Shown piece by piece: positions 1 through 12,261 of a DNA stretch of 64,000 nt. Position 1 is the first letter of the stretch, and the number at the start of each line of letters is the position of its first letter. The stretch lies in contig NC_135907.1 of NCBI RefSeq assembly GCF_964194155.1, positions 22,382,001 to 22,446,000 of the forward strand, given 5' to 3'. Under the pieces are notes generated by a model. That model did not search any database and was not told the DNA's origin. It worked only from the letters and a program-made list of their open reading frames with translations. Made by a program: the position numbers and the translations under genes. The stretch is from Cetorhinus maximus. Taxonomy: Eukaryota.

Positions 1-949
1 ACCTATCTCTTGGACCAAGTTTTTAGCCAATTGTTCAAATATCTCCTTTAGTGTCTCAGAGTCAATTTTTATCACCTCTTGTGAACCGCCTTAGGTAGTT
101 TGACTATATTAAAGGTGCAATATTAATGGAAGTTGTTGTCTGGGTGCCAGTGCACAGTCAATTCTGCAGCTCAGTCTCGTATTACACCCACACTGCCTAA
201 CCACATACTCACACAACCAAATCAACCTACTCAAGGCCTATTTAAGACACCATTACACTCCTGCGAGTCACTGAGGCCTGAGGACTACAGCTTCGTTTCT
301 ATCTGAGCAGGAAGCTGCCTTGCCTCCAGTTCCATTTAAGAGGGAGCCACATGCATGGAAACTCTGACCTTTCTCACCATGAGCATGTCCCATTCATACC
401 CCCCACCATGTCCTGCCTTCCATGTTTGGTATGCATGGTGGGTTCCTGCCGTGATCTCTGGCATGAATAGCCAACTCGTTTGTGGCATGGAGCGACCACA
501 ATGTCCCCCCCCACCTCCACCACCACCTTCCCCGCCACCCCCACCACCACACTTGGCATGGACTGGCTGCAATCCCCACCCCCCACCCAACTTGGCATGG
601 AGTGACCACACACCATACAATTGCCTTCATAATGACCAGGGAGCTGATCTGAGATTTATCGTTACAGCCTCAGGCCAATTGAGGTTTGGAAGAAGTAGGG
701 TATGATTCCACAGCACATACAACCTCTCCCTCTTTAGCTTCAGACTGCACAATGTACAGCTTTATAAACAGGAAGGGGAATTAAAATAGTTCCAGAATGT
801 GACTGCAAGCAGACCTGATATAAATAGAAGCCTGTGTCAAACGCTAAATCATGCAGGAACTGTCCTTCTGTGCAAATTGCCTGCTGGTTTAGAATGGACT
901 CTTGCTGTGTACACAGAGCCTTTATATGTACTTCCGCCTCTTTCCTCAC

Positions 950-1061
950 CTCAGATAGTTTGAAGAGCGGGTCCAGGACTTCCTTCTCCAATTGAAGTTC
1001 ATGTTCAACTAAGGCTTTTGCTAAACTATTTTCGACCGAAGAGCAAAGTTCCATGATTTTC
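950..1061 (-). CDS. SH3BP1: SH3BP1-type exon 5 (R-KIMELCSSVENSLAKALVEHELQLEKEVLDPLFKLSE, 112 nt); gene continues beyond the left edge
   Basis: Acceptor ctcccacag, donor GAG|gtgagg; BAR domain segment E.EVL.PL..LSE; lies inside ORF 740..1237. Confidence 0.92.
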
Positions 1062-3373
1062 CTGTGGGAGGAATGTTTAAGATATGATAAACAAGACTTG
1101 ACTCCATCAGAAGGGGAGACTGAGTGACACATTGGGCCACACAAGGGCATTTCAACTTTGAAACTTGATTCCCCAAACTGAAATGTTATGTGCCTTTTTC
1201 TGAAGAGGGGTCGCTGGGTGGTAAATGGATTAAACACTGGACTCAGGGTTACATCATCAGGTCAGGTTGCATAAACTTGGCTTGCATTCCCTTGAGTTTA
1301 GAAGGTTAATCAAATTGAGGTGTTCAATTCGATAGGTTAGGGAGAAAGAAACAATCTTCTCTGGTGGGGGAAAAGAAAGAGGACAGAATCTTAAACGTTG
1401 AGCTAGGCTGTTCAGGGGGCACTTCTTCACACAAAGAATAATCCAGAACGCTCTCCCCCAAAAGGTTGTGGGTGTTTTGGGCTTTCAGGACTGAGACTGA
1501 TAGATTTTGGAGGGTAAGAGAGTCGAGGGATCTGGGGTAATGGTCAGTAAGTGGAGTTGAGGTACAGGTCAGCTGTGAGCCAATTGAATGGTGCAGGATA
1601 CTCAAGGGGATGAATGGCCTCCACCTGTCAGATTTGTATTTAGCTAGGAGTATCAGAGATAGGAAAGGTATAAAGATGCCAAGAAGAAGAAAGACTTTTA
1701 TTTATATAGTGCCTTTCGTGACTTCAGGACATCCCAAAGCGCTCTGTAGCCAATGAAGTGCTTTTGAAATGTGGTCATTGCTGTAATGTAGGAAACACAG
1801 CACAGCTAGCTCCCACAAACAGCAATGTGATAATGACCAGATAATTTGTTTTTCTCGTGATATTGGTTGAGGAATAAATATTGGCCCCAGGACACCAGGG
1901 AGAACAAACCACAAACCTGGATTATGCACTCAAATCTCTGGAGTGGGGCTTGAAACCACAACTTCTTGACTCAAAGGTCAGAGAGTGTTCGCCCTCTTAC
2001 CTCCTTTGCTCCAAACATTCACCCCCTCAGCCTGACTGCAACTTCCTTCTCTGTTGAGCTATCCAGTCAATCTCACTTGTGGAGATAGATATCGCCTCTT
2101 ATGGTCGAGAAACTTCCTTCATCGACAACTCAGTAAGTTTTTTATACTCCTATGCCCTTCTGTAAAATGGTGCTGTCAAAATCTCCAGGGTGCAGTGTAT
2201 AGAATCAATGGGGTGGATCAGGGGAGGTCAAGAACACCCCTAATGCAAAAATTTTGAAGTTGGCCAATGCTGGCTTTAAGAGGACCATCTAATATTTTGT
2301 TTCAGTCCCCAGGTATAGCCTGCAACTCTGTGCATGTCCTCACCTAAGTCAGCATTCCCCAGTCAGTCCACCTTCTGCCTCGTCTTTTGATTCTCGGGTT
2401 CAAACTCCCATCAACTCCTTTGTAGACCTGAACTTTCTGCGTAGAGAATCAACTCTGAATTATGGATCCAAGTCTCTCTCCCCATAGAAAGAAAGGTCTT
2501 GACCCAAAGTATGTCTCTCATACTGCATTCGTGCTGTCCAAAGGTTGCTAATCATGGTGACATCACTACAGGGGCAAGGTGAGGAGGTAGGCCCCGAGAA
2601 TTACCTCAGGCAGTACAGCAATTGAACCCACGCTGTAAGCATTATACTGCGCCACATTCTAGCCATCTAGCCAATTGAGCTTACTGACCCCCTAGCTCTC
2701 ATTCCTCAGAGTTTTGAAAGTATAAGTATTTTTAGAATATGGCCTCTTTGCAAAGAGTAGAACCATGAATTTACTGTCGTCTGCAATTCTACAGAACCTC
2801 CCCTCTTCCTGAGCAATTAGGCTCTAGTTAATCCATCTGATAGGCAACAGTGGCCTTAGAGGGACAGGTCAATCAAGAAGCGAACTGTCCAAACTGTTTC
2901 TCAAAGCCCAGCCTAACTTTGAGCAATGTCACGTAAACCTACATAACAGATATTATCAGGATATTTCACCACAGGGGGCATCGCCTGGCATCTGTATGCA
3001 CACAGAGGTCCTGGCAAGGGATCACTGGAACTTAGTCAGGAGCAAGACTGGCTTGCTTCCCTATCCCTCACTTAGGGGAGTAAGGTAACTGCCCAGTGAT
3101 GGATGCTTATGGTCTTGTGTGGCTCAGTTGCACACAGGCAGGGAATTTACTTCCTGGGTCAAAGTTGGTCTCGTTGATGTGGCCCTTAAATTTCAGCATC
3201 AGCTCTGACAGGTTGAATTTGGGATTGTCTACAATTCAAATAAATGGAGCCTCGTGATTTTTTTTGTACCTCTTTTCCTCATCCCTGTGCACACTTGTGC
3301 GACATCTTTACACATTGACCATCATTCTGGTCTTGTCTTGGCCTGCAATGCTAATCAATGGCTTCTTACCCAC

Positions 3374-3450
3374 CTAATGGGGGATTCACCATCCAGTTCT
3401 CTGCAGCTCTCCAACATGCTCTGTGACAGGGACATTAGGGCCATCTTTTT
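3374..3450 (-). CDS. SH3BP1: SH3BP1-type exon 4 (KKMALMSLSQSMLESCRELDGESPI+AG, 77 nt)
   Basis: Acceptor ttgtttcacag, donor TAG|gtgggt; resembles KKLPLMALSTTMAESFKELDPDS of SH3BP1; phase 0 to 2. Confidence 0.92.
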
Positions 3451-3691
3451 CTGTGAAACAAAGAAGAAACAATTAAGATGGAGGTTGCCATTGGATGTGG
3501 GAGTGTGGGGACGAGGGCATGATGAGCAGGCAGCAGGAAAGATGTGGGTAGCCTTGCCTTCAAAATAGGATTTTGATTGAGTCCATGCCCAGTGTGAGGC
3601 CAAAGGAAGAGAGTGTGAGCCAACCTGGGTCACATGGGACCTGGGAGTGTGCGCACGAGTCAGACAGTGAGTGGAAAGGGAGAAATAGTTG

Positions 3692-4205
3692 AGAAACATA
3701 CATAGAAAATAGGAGCAGGAGTAGGCCATTCGGCCCTTCGAGCCTGCTCCGCCATTCATTGTGATCATGGCTGATCATCCAACTCAATAGCCTGCTCCCA
3801 CTTTCTCCCCATATCCTTTGATCCCTTTTGCCCCAAGAGCTATATCTAACTCCTTCTTGAAAACATACAATGTTTTGGCCTCAACTACTTTCTGTGGTAG
3901 CAAATTCCACAGGCTCATCAATCTCTGGGTGAAGAAATTTCTCCTCATCTCAGTCCTAAATGGTCTACCCCGTATCCTCAGACTGTGACCCCTGGTTATG
4001 GACTCCCCCACCATCGGGAACATCCTTCCTGCATCTACCCTGTCTAGTCCTGTTAGAATTTTATCGGTTTCTATGAGATCCCCCCTCATTCTTTTGAACT
4101 CCAGTGAATATAATCCTAACCGACTCAATCTCTCCTCATATGTCAGTCCCACCATCCCAGGAATCAGTCTGGTAAACCTTCGCTGTGCTCCCTCTATAGC
4201 AAGAG
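3692..4205 (-). mobile_element. CR1 3' fragment (young, HER1-like)
   Basis: ORF 3784..4155 is the CR1 ORF2 C-terminus (YEERLSRLGLYSLE..RMRGDLIE); 3' hairpin GGCCGAATGGCC and TTCTATG tail. Confidence 0.92.
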
Positions 4206-4526
4206 ATAGCAGGAATTAAATAATGTCCTGCTCAGGCATTTGAATACTGGTCCCTCTCACATGCTGGGTGATATTGAAAGGAGAGCCATGGATTTAAAAT
4301 ATCTTAGCTACCCAAATAGGCTTAAACTTCTGGGTCCGTATACTAAAGAGAAGTCCAATAGCAGTTTGATGGACGTCTATAAAATAATGAACTGACTAGA
4401 TTGTGTGCGTGCTGACAAATTATTTTAATTAGAGAGCCTGGGGAGAATCTGCTGCCAATCCAATAAATTACACAAAGCAAAATTAAGTCAGGTAGTCTTA
4501 TTTAACCTGACGTATAGGAGACCATC

Positions 4527-4773
4527 TGTAGTAATTATGGTTTTATTTAGTGTGCAATGTATCTTTAAGAATAATGCTTGTTAGGCAAGATCACATGATC
4601 TGTAGTAACCAATAGGAGAGTAGCTCAGCAGTCAGTGGAGAGATAGAGTTGGAGTTGAAAGCACACGTGTAGTTGCTGCTGAGTATATTGTAAATAAACT
4701 TAAAGTTTCCACCCCAAGAATTGCCTGCAGATCAACTCTATCATTAATAGCACAACTCAGCCACCCTACAACA
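4527..4773 (+). mobile_element. Solo-LTR-like element
   Basis: TGTAG...ACAACA ends, internal CCAAT and AATAAA, 5-bp TSD CCATC/CCATG, sits inside an old CR1 remnant. Confidence 0.7.
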
Positions 4774-5608
4774 CCATGGAACAAATTTCCAGCTTATATA
4801 GCATTAGACAGTGAATGGAATTTTCCGGCCCCTTCCACCGGTGGGATTTTCTGGTTCTGCTGAGGTCAATGGACTTTCGAATGCCTCGCCACATTTACCC
4901 CCACCGTGGTGAGGCTAGAAAATTCCGCCCGGTATCTACGGCACAGAAAGAGGCCATTCGGCCCCATATCTTTCTATTCCTTTCTCCCTCATGTATTTAT
5001 CTAGCTTCCCCTTGAAAGAATCTTTGCTATTTCCCCCCTTGCGGCAGTGAGTTTCACATTCTATGGAATTTTCAAGATTTTTCTCCTGATTCCCTGTTGG
5101 ATTGAATGACAGGATGTGCCCGAGGGCCTGAATGGCCTATTTCTATTCCTATTTTCCCATGTTACTAAATTATTAACTATCTTAGCACCCCTTCCCATTC
5201 ACATTACTCAAGTAGAACCCTCCATACCGAAGAACAGTGGGGGTGACTAAAGCCTCATTTAATTTCTAATGTCATGGTATAACTTGTGCTGATTCACTAT
5301 GTATCTTTACAAGATACATCGGATGTAGGGAGCTTGGGGGATGGGGGAAAGGGTAGGTATCTCACATAATACAAGAGGTAGGTACCAAGTAATATAAGAA
5401 CGTAAGAAACAGGAGCAAGAGTAGGCCATTCGGCCCCTCAAGCCGGTTTCACCATTCACTAAGATCTTCTAACTCAATTCCACTTTTCCGGCTGATCCCC
5501 ATATCCCTTAGTGCTCAAACTCTATTGATCTCTGTCTTGAATATACTCACAAAGAGATGTTTATCCACCAATCATGACCACTTGACTTCAATGAGTTTCC
5601 TTACTCAC

Positions 5609-5713
5609 CAGACGCTTCTCAAAATCGGACCCTGGTTGACTCTGAAGACAGGACAATAGCCTCTTGTGTGTGGTGGAGGTCGCTCGTCTGGTGGGTTCAA
5701 TCCGGTTTTCAAA
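5609..5713 (-). CDS. SH3BP1: SH3BP1-type exon 3 (FENRIEPTRRATSTTHKRLLSCLQSQPGSDFEKRL, 105 nt)
   Basis: Acceptor ctttgttcag, donor CTG|gtgagt; BAR helix resembling VEQRLEPAKRAAHNIHKRLQACLQGQ of SH3BP1. Not listed in the ORF track. Confidence 0.92.
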
Positions 5714-5967
5714 CTGAACAAAGTAGAGACAAAAGGAGTGAAAGGTCAACTCGCTTAATTAATGGGAAGGTAGCCATAGAAACAGGTAAAGGTCAAAGTC
5801 CAAATGAGAAAAGGCCTTTGGCCCACTGGATCTCATCCTTCTGGAAAACCAAGCCTACCCTGCACAACGTCACCTTAGGAGGGACATAACTTCAGCTTAA
5901 AGACTCACCAAAAGGATAGCATCTCATTCAATATAGAACTTCCTCAGTGCTGTATTAGGACATCAGC

Positions 5968-6355
5968 GCTACACTGGGGTATCAGTGCTCCCTCAATACT
6001 ACACTGGAGTGTCAGCAATCCCCCCGTACTACACTGGAGTATCAGTGCTCTCTCAGTATCTCACTGGAGCACCAGTGCTCTCACAGTACTACACTGGAGT
6101 GCCAGTGCACCCTCAGTGCTACACTGGAATGCCAGTGCACCCTCAGTGCTACACTGGAGTGCCAGTGCCCTCTCAAAACTACACTGGAGTGGCAGTATTC
6201 CCTCAGTACTACACTGGAGTGCCAGTGCGCCCTTAGTGCTACATTGGAGTGGTAGTATTACCTCAGTACTACACCGGAGTGTCAGTGCTCCCTCAGTACT
6301 ACACTGGAATATCAGTGCTGCCTGAGTACTACATTGGAATATCAGTACTCCCTCA
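5968..6355. repeat. 30-bp minisatellite (cagtgctccctcagtactacactggagtgt), about 12-13 copies
   Basis: Period 30 is visible directly; it explains ORFs 5985..6236 and 6116..6325. Confidence 0.95.
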
Positions 6356-6742
6356 TCAGTATTTCTAGTTCAGAGGAACAAATGCTACTAGCTGTGATGC
6401 AGTGTGACATGACTGCAGTTTATGAGATGCATGAGAGTAATGCCTTGTTTGCAGTATATTTTACCCCACACCCCATTCAGTGACTCAGATGAACAGAAGT
6501 TCAGTCAATTGAGAGTTGATAGTCATGATGGAGAAAGGATTCGAAATCTCAAAATTATAACGATATGCTTTTTTTTTCTGGGCGGAGTGCTGAAAAGGAA
6601 GGCTGGAGAAACAAATTCTCGCTTGGCTAAGCTGCCTCCATCCCTCACTGATTTCCTGGTAAATCTGCTCATTTTCCAGAGAGTCTCAATAACATTTCAT
6701 TATGGGGCTGATTAAACTGGGAGCTCCCCACTTTGGCTGTAC

Positions 6743-6782
6743 CTGGATGAGATCTTCACTGAGAAGTTCCGAATTCTCACTT
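6743..6782 (-). CDS. SH3BP1: SH3BP1-type exon 2 (R-SENSELLSEDLIQ, 40 nt)
   Basis: Polypyrimidine acceptor ttttcttccag and donor CAG|gtacag; matches the family motif E.LSEDL.Q; phase 2 to 0. Confidence 0.9.
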
Positions 6783-9454
6783 CTGGAAGAAAAGAAGAAA
6801 AAACACAAGATCAGCACTGGGATTAACCGCCCTCCAAAATTTCTGAGATTGCAAGGAATCAGGTACATTGAATTCTCATCTTGTCACAGGACTCTTATAT
6901 TTGGAACATATTGTAATCTTGCCCATTGGCAAATTTTGGGTGCAGGTCATGCATTTTTCACTGAGGGAAGCAGGTGCCCAACATTACAGGAGCTGCTCCC
7001 ATTGGACAAGAGTCACCACCCCGAGCCACCATTAAATGCCCATTAAATCTCCTCTACATTCCTTTGTGCGGACCTAGGCACTATCCTGTTCAAAGATGGA
7101 AGTGAACGTAAATAGAGTCAAGGCGTTAGCCTAATGTCAGAAATGAACACCGAAACAGGCCCTTGGAGGTCACAGTGAGTTAGATGCTGGCTTTATATTT
7201 TTGCAGCTTTAATCCAGAAAGAGTGATAAATATTTGGATAAGCGCCTCCAGGCATTGGAAGGGTTTCCAAGAACATTCACTCGTACCATGTCCATTCCAT
7301 CTATTGCCATCTAAACTGTATCCCACAATTTGGATTTTCCTTAACCCCAACATCAGGAGACCAGCCCTGCTGCCCAAGAATAACATTATCCCAAACCAGC
7401 CATCCTTTGGCCTCATGGTTGCTCAGATCTTCCTTTGGGACCCTCCAGACTCATTTGATATAACACCCTAACACACAGCAGACTGAGAAAACTTTCAGGC
7501 CTATTTACCTGGACCGGATTTAAACCAATGTTCCATAAATGAAACACCTTGGTTTAAAATCACTATAAGGAACTAGGTGGGTGTTTGGAAAGGAGCTTAG
7601 ATACAATAAAAGTGAGCTTCAGCCGAAAACATGAATATGTTATTACATGTGTCAACTTTGGCTCAATAATTGTTCCCACTCCAGAGACTTGAGCACATAA
7701 TCAAGACTGACACTCCCAATGCAGTACTGAGGGAGTGCTGCATTGTCAAAGATGCCATCTTTTGGATGAGATGTTAAACCCCACCTGCCCTAAATGTTAA
7801 AGATCCTATGGCATTATTTTGAAGAAAAGCTGGCGAGTTCTCCTTGGTGTCCTGACCAATGTCAACCAACATCTTGAAAACAGATTATCTGGTATTTTTT
7901 TCATATGGCTGTTTGTGGGAGCTTGCTGTGCACAATTTGTCTTTGTGTTTCCTATATTATAATAGTGACTATACTTCCAAAGTACTTCATTGGTTGTCAA
8001 GTACTTTAGGGCATCCTGAGGTTGTGAAATGCAAATTCACTCTAATGTGATCCATTGTATTACCCAAGCCCTCTTATCATGCATCCATTCTCGATACTGA
8101 GCTCAATAGACCCGATTCTGTCTCCTTTCCCCTCCATCACCACACACTGGAGTGTGAAATCATCCAGTGTTAACATGCTGAGAGTGAACATTTTCAACCT
8201 CTATTTCATGTTTCAATTCTAATTTCCTCAATTATAGGAGATTAAAAGATGAGTCAATTCACATGTGTAGGAAAGGATTAATGGACTGGCTACAAGTTCA
8301 GAGCAGCGTTTGTTGTGTGGAAACTGGATGGGTGCAACACTTGCTAATTACATTGATATTTGTTAATTGCAGAAATACTGTATAATGAAGAGAGCACTTT
8401 ACACTGAATAGGAAAATTTACATTCAGTTAATTGAAGCAAATTGATTGAAACCAAGCAGGTAATCACAGTAAGATGAGAATCCTCATATGGCTAAGCCAA
8501 AGGAAGACAACTTGGGAATTGTATTCTGTATGTAAACCCCCAAAAGGGACACGCACAGGAGCGCTCAAGAAAGAAGTCAAAAGATATGTATGGACAGACA
8601 GTGCTCAAGAAGGAAGACAGATATGTATCAGCAGGAAGAGTCCCAGTGAACCAAGCAGGGTCTGGGTCAAAGATCACTCCAGAGCGACCTACAGTCATCT
8701 CAGATTGACCACCTGAGGGGTAACTGTATGATTTAATTGAAACTGTTTTGTTTAAAATTCTCAAAAAAGGTGTTAGATTTAGTATGAGGTTGTATCAATT
8801 GTAATTCTCAGTCACTGAACTTAAGAAAGAAGTAAAATCACCTATGCATGCTTAAAGGATTTGATAGATGAAATAGAATGAAACTATTTCCTCTGGTGGG
8901 GAGTCCATATCAAGGAGGCATAAACTTAAAATTAGGGATGATGTCAGAAAGCACTTCTTTGCATAAAGGGATGTGAAAATCTGGAACTCTCCTTCCCAAA
9001 GGGTTGTCAAGGCTGGGGGTTAATTGGAAACTTCAAAATTGAGATTGGAAGATTTCTTTTGGTCAAGGAAATAGAGCCAAGGTGAATAGATGAAATTAAA
9101 ATACAAATCAGCCATGATCGAATTGAATGGCGGAGTGGACTTGAGGGGCTGAATGGCCTCCTCCTGTTCCTCTTGGACTGAGTGAAATGCAGTCACTGAT
9201 TGCTGTGGCATGCTCATTGGTGAGGTTTCAGTTCTAGACGTTGCAGTTCCCACGCTATCATGAAACGTCCCTTTTTTTGGTTAGGTTTCTGGAAGAACTG
9301 AGAGGCTCTGTCTAGAGATGACTTGAGAGATACTACAAACAGAACTGAGAGGAGGAAATAGCCACTGTACAGAACATTTTATCACTCCCCTACACATAGC
9401 ATTAAAGACAGCAAAAAGCCTGCATTTATATAGCACCTTTAATGTAGTAAGACA

Positions 9455-10310
9455 GTTGGGTCGGTGGAGTGGGCGGTAAAGTGGCAGATGGATTTTAACA
9501 TAGAGAAGTGTGAGGTCATACATTTAGGGAAGTCAAACAGTTACAGGGATTACACAATAAATGGGAATATACTAAAAGGGGTAGATGAAGTGAAAGATCT
9601 TGGCGTACAAGTGCACAGGTCCCTGAAGGCAGCAGTTCAAGTAGACAAGGTTGTAAAGAAGGCATATGGAACGCTCTCCTACATTGGCAGAGATTTAGAA
9701 TATAAAAGTAAGGATATAATGTTGGAATTGTATAAAACACTGGTGAGACCACAACTGGAGTATTATGTGCAGTTCTGGTCACCACATTACAGAAAGGACG
9801 TAATAGCTCTGGAGAGAGTGCAGAGGAGGTTTACAAGAATGCTGCCAGAGTTAGAAAAGTGTAGCTACGAGGAGAGATTGGATAGGTTGGGGTTTTCCTT
9901 AGAACAAAGAAGGCTGAGAGGTGACTTGATTGAGGTGTACAAAATTATGAGGGGAATAGATAGAGTGGACAGGATAAAATTGCTTCCCTTGGTGGAGAAT
10001 TCTAAAACCAGGGGATATAGATTCAAGATAAGTGGCAGAAGGTGTAGGGGGGACAGGAGGAAGAGCTTTTTACGCAGAGGGTAGTGGGTGTCTGGAATTC
10101 GCTGCCCAAGTTGGTGGTAGAGGCAGAAACTCTAAACTCTTTTAAAAAGTACCTGGATCTGCACCTTAAGTGCTGTAAGCTGCAGGGCTATGGGCCGGGT
10201 GCAGGAAGGTGGGATTAGAAAGGGCACCTGGGTGTCCTCGGGCTGGCATGGACAAGATGGGCTGAATGGCCTCCTTCTGTGCTGTAACTTTTCTATGGTT
10301 CTATGGTTCT
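9455..10310 (+). mobile_element. CR1 3' fragment inserted into an L2-type tail
   Basis: ORF 9464..10084 (WQMDFNIEKC, LVRPQLEY.VQFWSP); ttctatggttctatggttct tail; the host L2-type tail resumes on both sides. Confidence 0.92.
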
Positions 10311-10607
10311 AAGGTGCTTCAGAGTAATGTTATCAAACAAAATTTAACACTCAGCTAGACAATGAGATATAAGAACAGGTGACCAAAAGCTTGGTCAAAG
10401 AGGTAGGTTTAAGGAGCATCTTAAAGAAGAAGAGAGGTAGAGGGTTGGAGAGATTTAGAGAGGGAATTTCAGAGCTAAGGGTCTGGGCAGTTGAAAGCAT
10501 GGCCGCCAATGGCGGGTGGTTAAAACTAGAGATGCAAAAGAAGCAAGAATTGGAGGAGCATAGAGATCCTGGAGGTTCATGGGGCTGCAGGAGGTTGCAC
10601 AGATAGA

Positions 10608-11302
10608 GGGCTGAATTTTCCCCCCGTTGGGGAGGAAGTTGAAGGGCGGGCACATACAGGCGCGCTTCCGATTGGCGCCCCCGATCGGAGGCGCGGTGCC
10701 ATTTTACGTGGGCGGGCCAATTAAGGCCCGCCCATCGTGACGTCTGCACAGAAGCGCTATGCGCTCCCTGTGCGGGCGGAGGGGGGTGGGAATCCCAAAA
10801 TCGAGAGTGCTCTCTTTCGCACTTGCACACGATAGAGCGCATTCATCTCCCTGAAGCTAAGTGCAGCCTCAGGGAGATTAGCTCTAAATGTAAAAAACCT
10901 AAAAATAGAGAAAAAAAAATTTCCCCAACATGTCACCTCATGTGACACTGCCACATGAGTTGGGACATGTCCATAATTTTTACAAAACCTTTATTAAAAT
11001 TTTTTAAAACCCTGTGCATGAGGTTTCATGTTTTTTCTAATTCCCGCTGGGGCTCCTGGCCTGCCCGCCAGCCTTAATGTTGGATGGGCAGGTCCACTAA
11101 TTAGTTTAATGACTCTGTCAATGGCCTCAATTGGCCATTGACAGGTCGGCGGGCGCACAGCTGATTTTGCTGCGCCCCCGCCTTCCTGAAAATTTAGATG
11201 GGGCGCGGTGATGTCAGGAGTTCCCCCCGAAGTCACCGCACGTCATTTTACGTGTCAGCGAGTGGGCCCCGCCCCCACTCGCCGGTGTGTAAAATCCTGC
11301 CC
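10608..11302. mobile_element. GC-rich non-autonomous DNA transposon (PIF/Harbinger-type MITE)
   Basis: Termini GGGCTGAATTTT / AAAATCCTGCCC, exact 3-bp TSD AGA (10605-10607 and 11303-11305), interrupts an L2-type fragment. Confidence 0.85.
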
Positions 11303-12261
11303 AGAGAGGGAGGTGGCTAGACCATGGAGGGGTTTGAACACAAGGTTTTAAATTTGTGATATTGATGGACCGAGAGCCATTATAGGTGGACAAGCACAGG
11401 GCAATGGAGGAATCAGACTTAGTGCGAGTTAGGATACAGCCAGGAATGTTTTGGATGAGCTGAAGTTTACGGAGGGTCGATGTTGGGAGACTGGCTGGGA
11501 GAGCAGTGGACTAAGTCAAGTCTGGGGGTCACCAAAGCGTGGATGAGGATTCCGGCAGCAACTATGAAACTAATTGTGATTTAATGGCATATTTACATAT
11601 GCAGCATCACCCTGATATTTCTTGCTGCATGGCTGGAGTACTAGCAGTTCCATCTCCGAGAGAAACCTGACTTCCAGCTTGGGGAGACCCATCCCCCAAA
11701 CAGTTACAGTCGGGGGAAAGGGGAATCTTTACTCTCCAATTATTTAAATTCAGCTCATGCAGGTTTAATAAGTATTAAACTTTACAAACCATGTTTGCAG
11801 CTGACACAAAACTTGGAAATGTAGTAAACAATGAGGAGGATAGTGACAGACTTCAGGAAGACAGGAAACAAACTGGTGCAATGGGTAGACACAATGACAT
11901 TTAACACAGAGAAAGTATGAATTAAGACAGTTTGCTGGGAGAATGAGGAAAGGCAACTTAAAACAAGGGCCTCAATTTTAAAGAAGGGTAAAGAAATAGG
12001 GAGAACTCAGGGGTGCACATACACAACTCTTTGAAGATGGCAGGACAAGTTGAGAAGGCTGTTAAAAAGCAGATCAGATTCTTGGCTTTATTAATAGGGG
12101 CACAGAGAACAAAATCAAGGAGGTTATGTCAAACCTTTATAAAACACTGGCTAGAGTTCAGCTGTGACCAGTTCTGGGCACTGGACTTTAGGGAGAATGT
12201 CAGGGCCTCAGAGAGGGTGTTGAAGATTTACATTCAGAGGGCACCAGGTGATTGGTAAAAG

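Noticed and set aside
336-705. Pro-rich / Gly-rich ORFs
   Set aside because: Low-complexity C-rich tract in SH3BP1 intron 5; no convincing splice sites or family similarity.
8260-8830. Possible LTR-like segment with a short internal direct repeat (gctcaagaa..agatatgtat x2)
   Set aside because: I could not define termini or a TSD; left unannotated.
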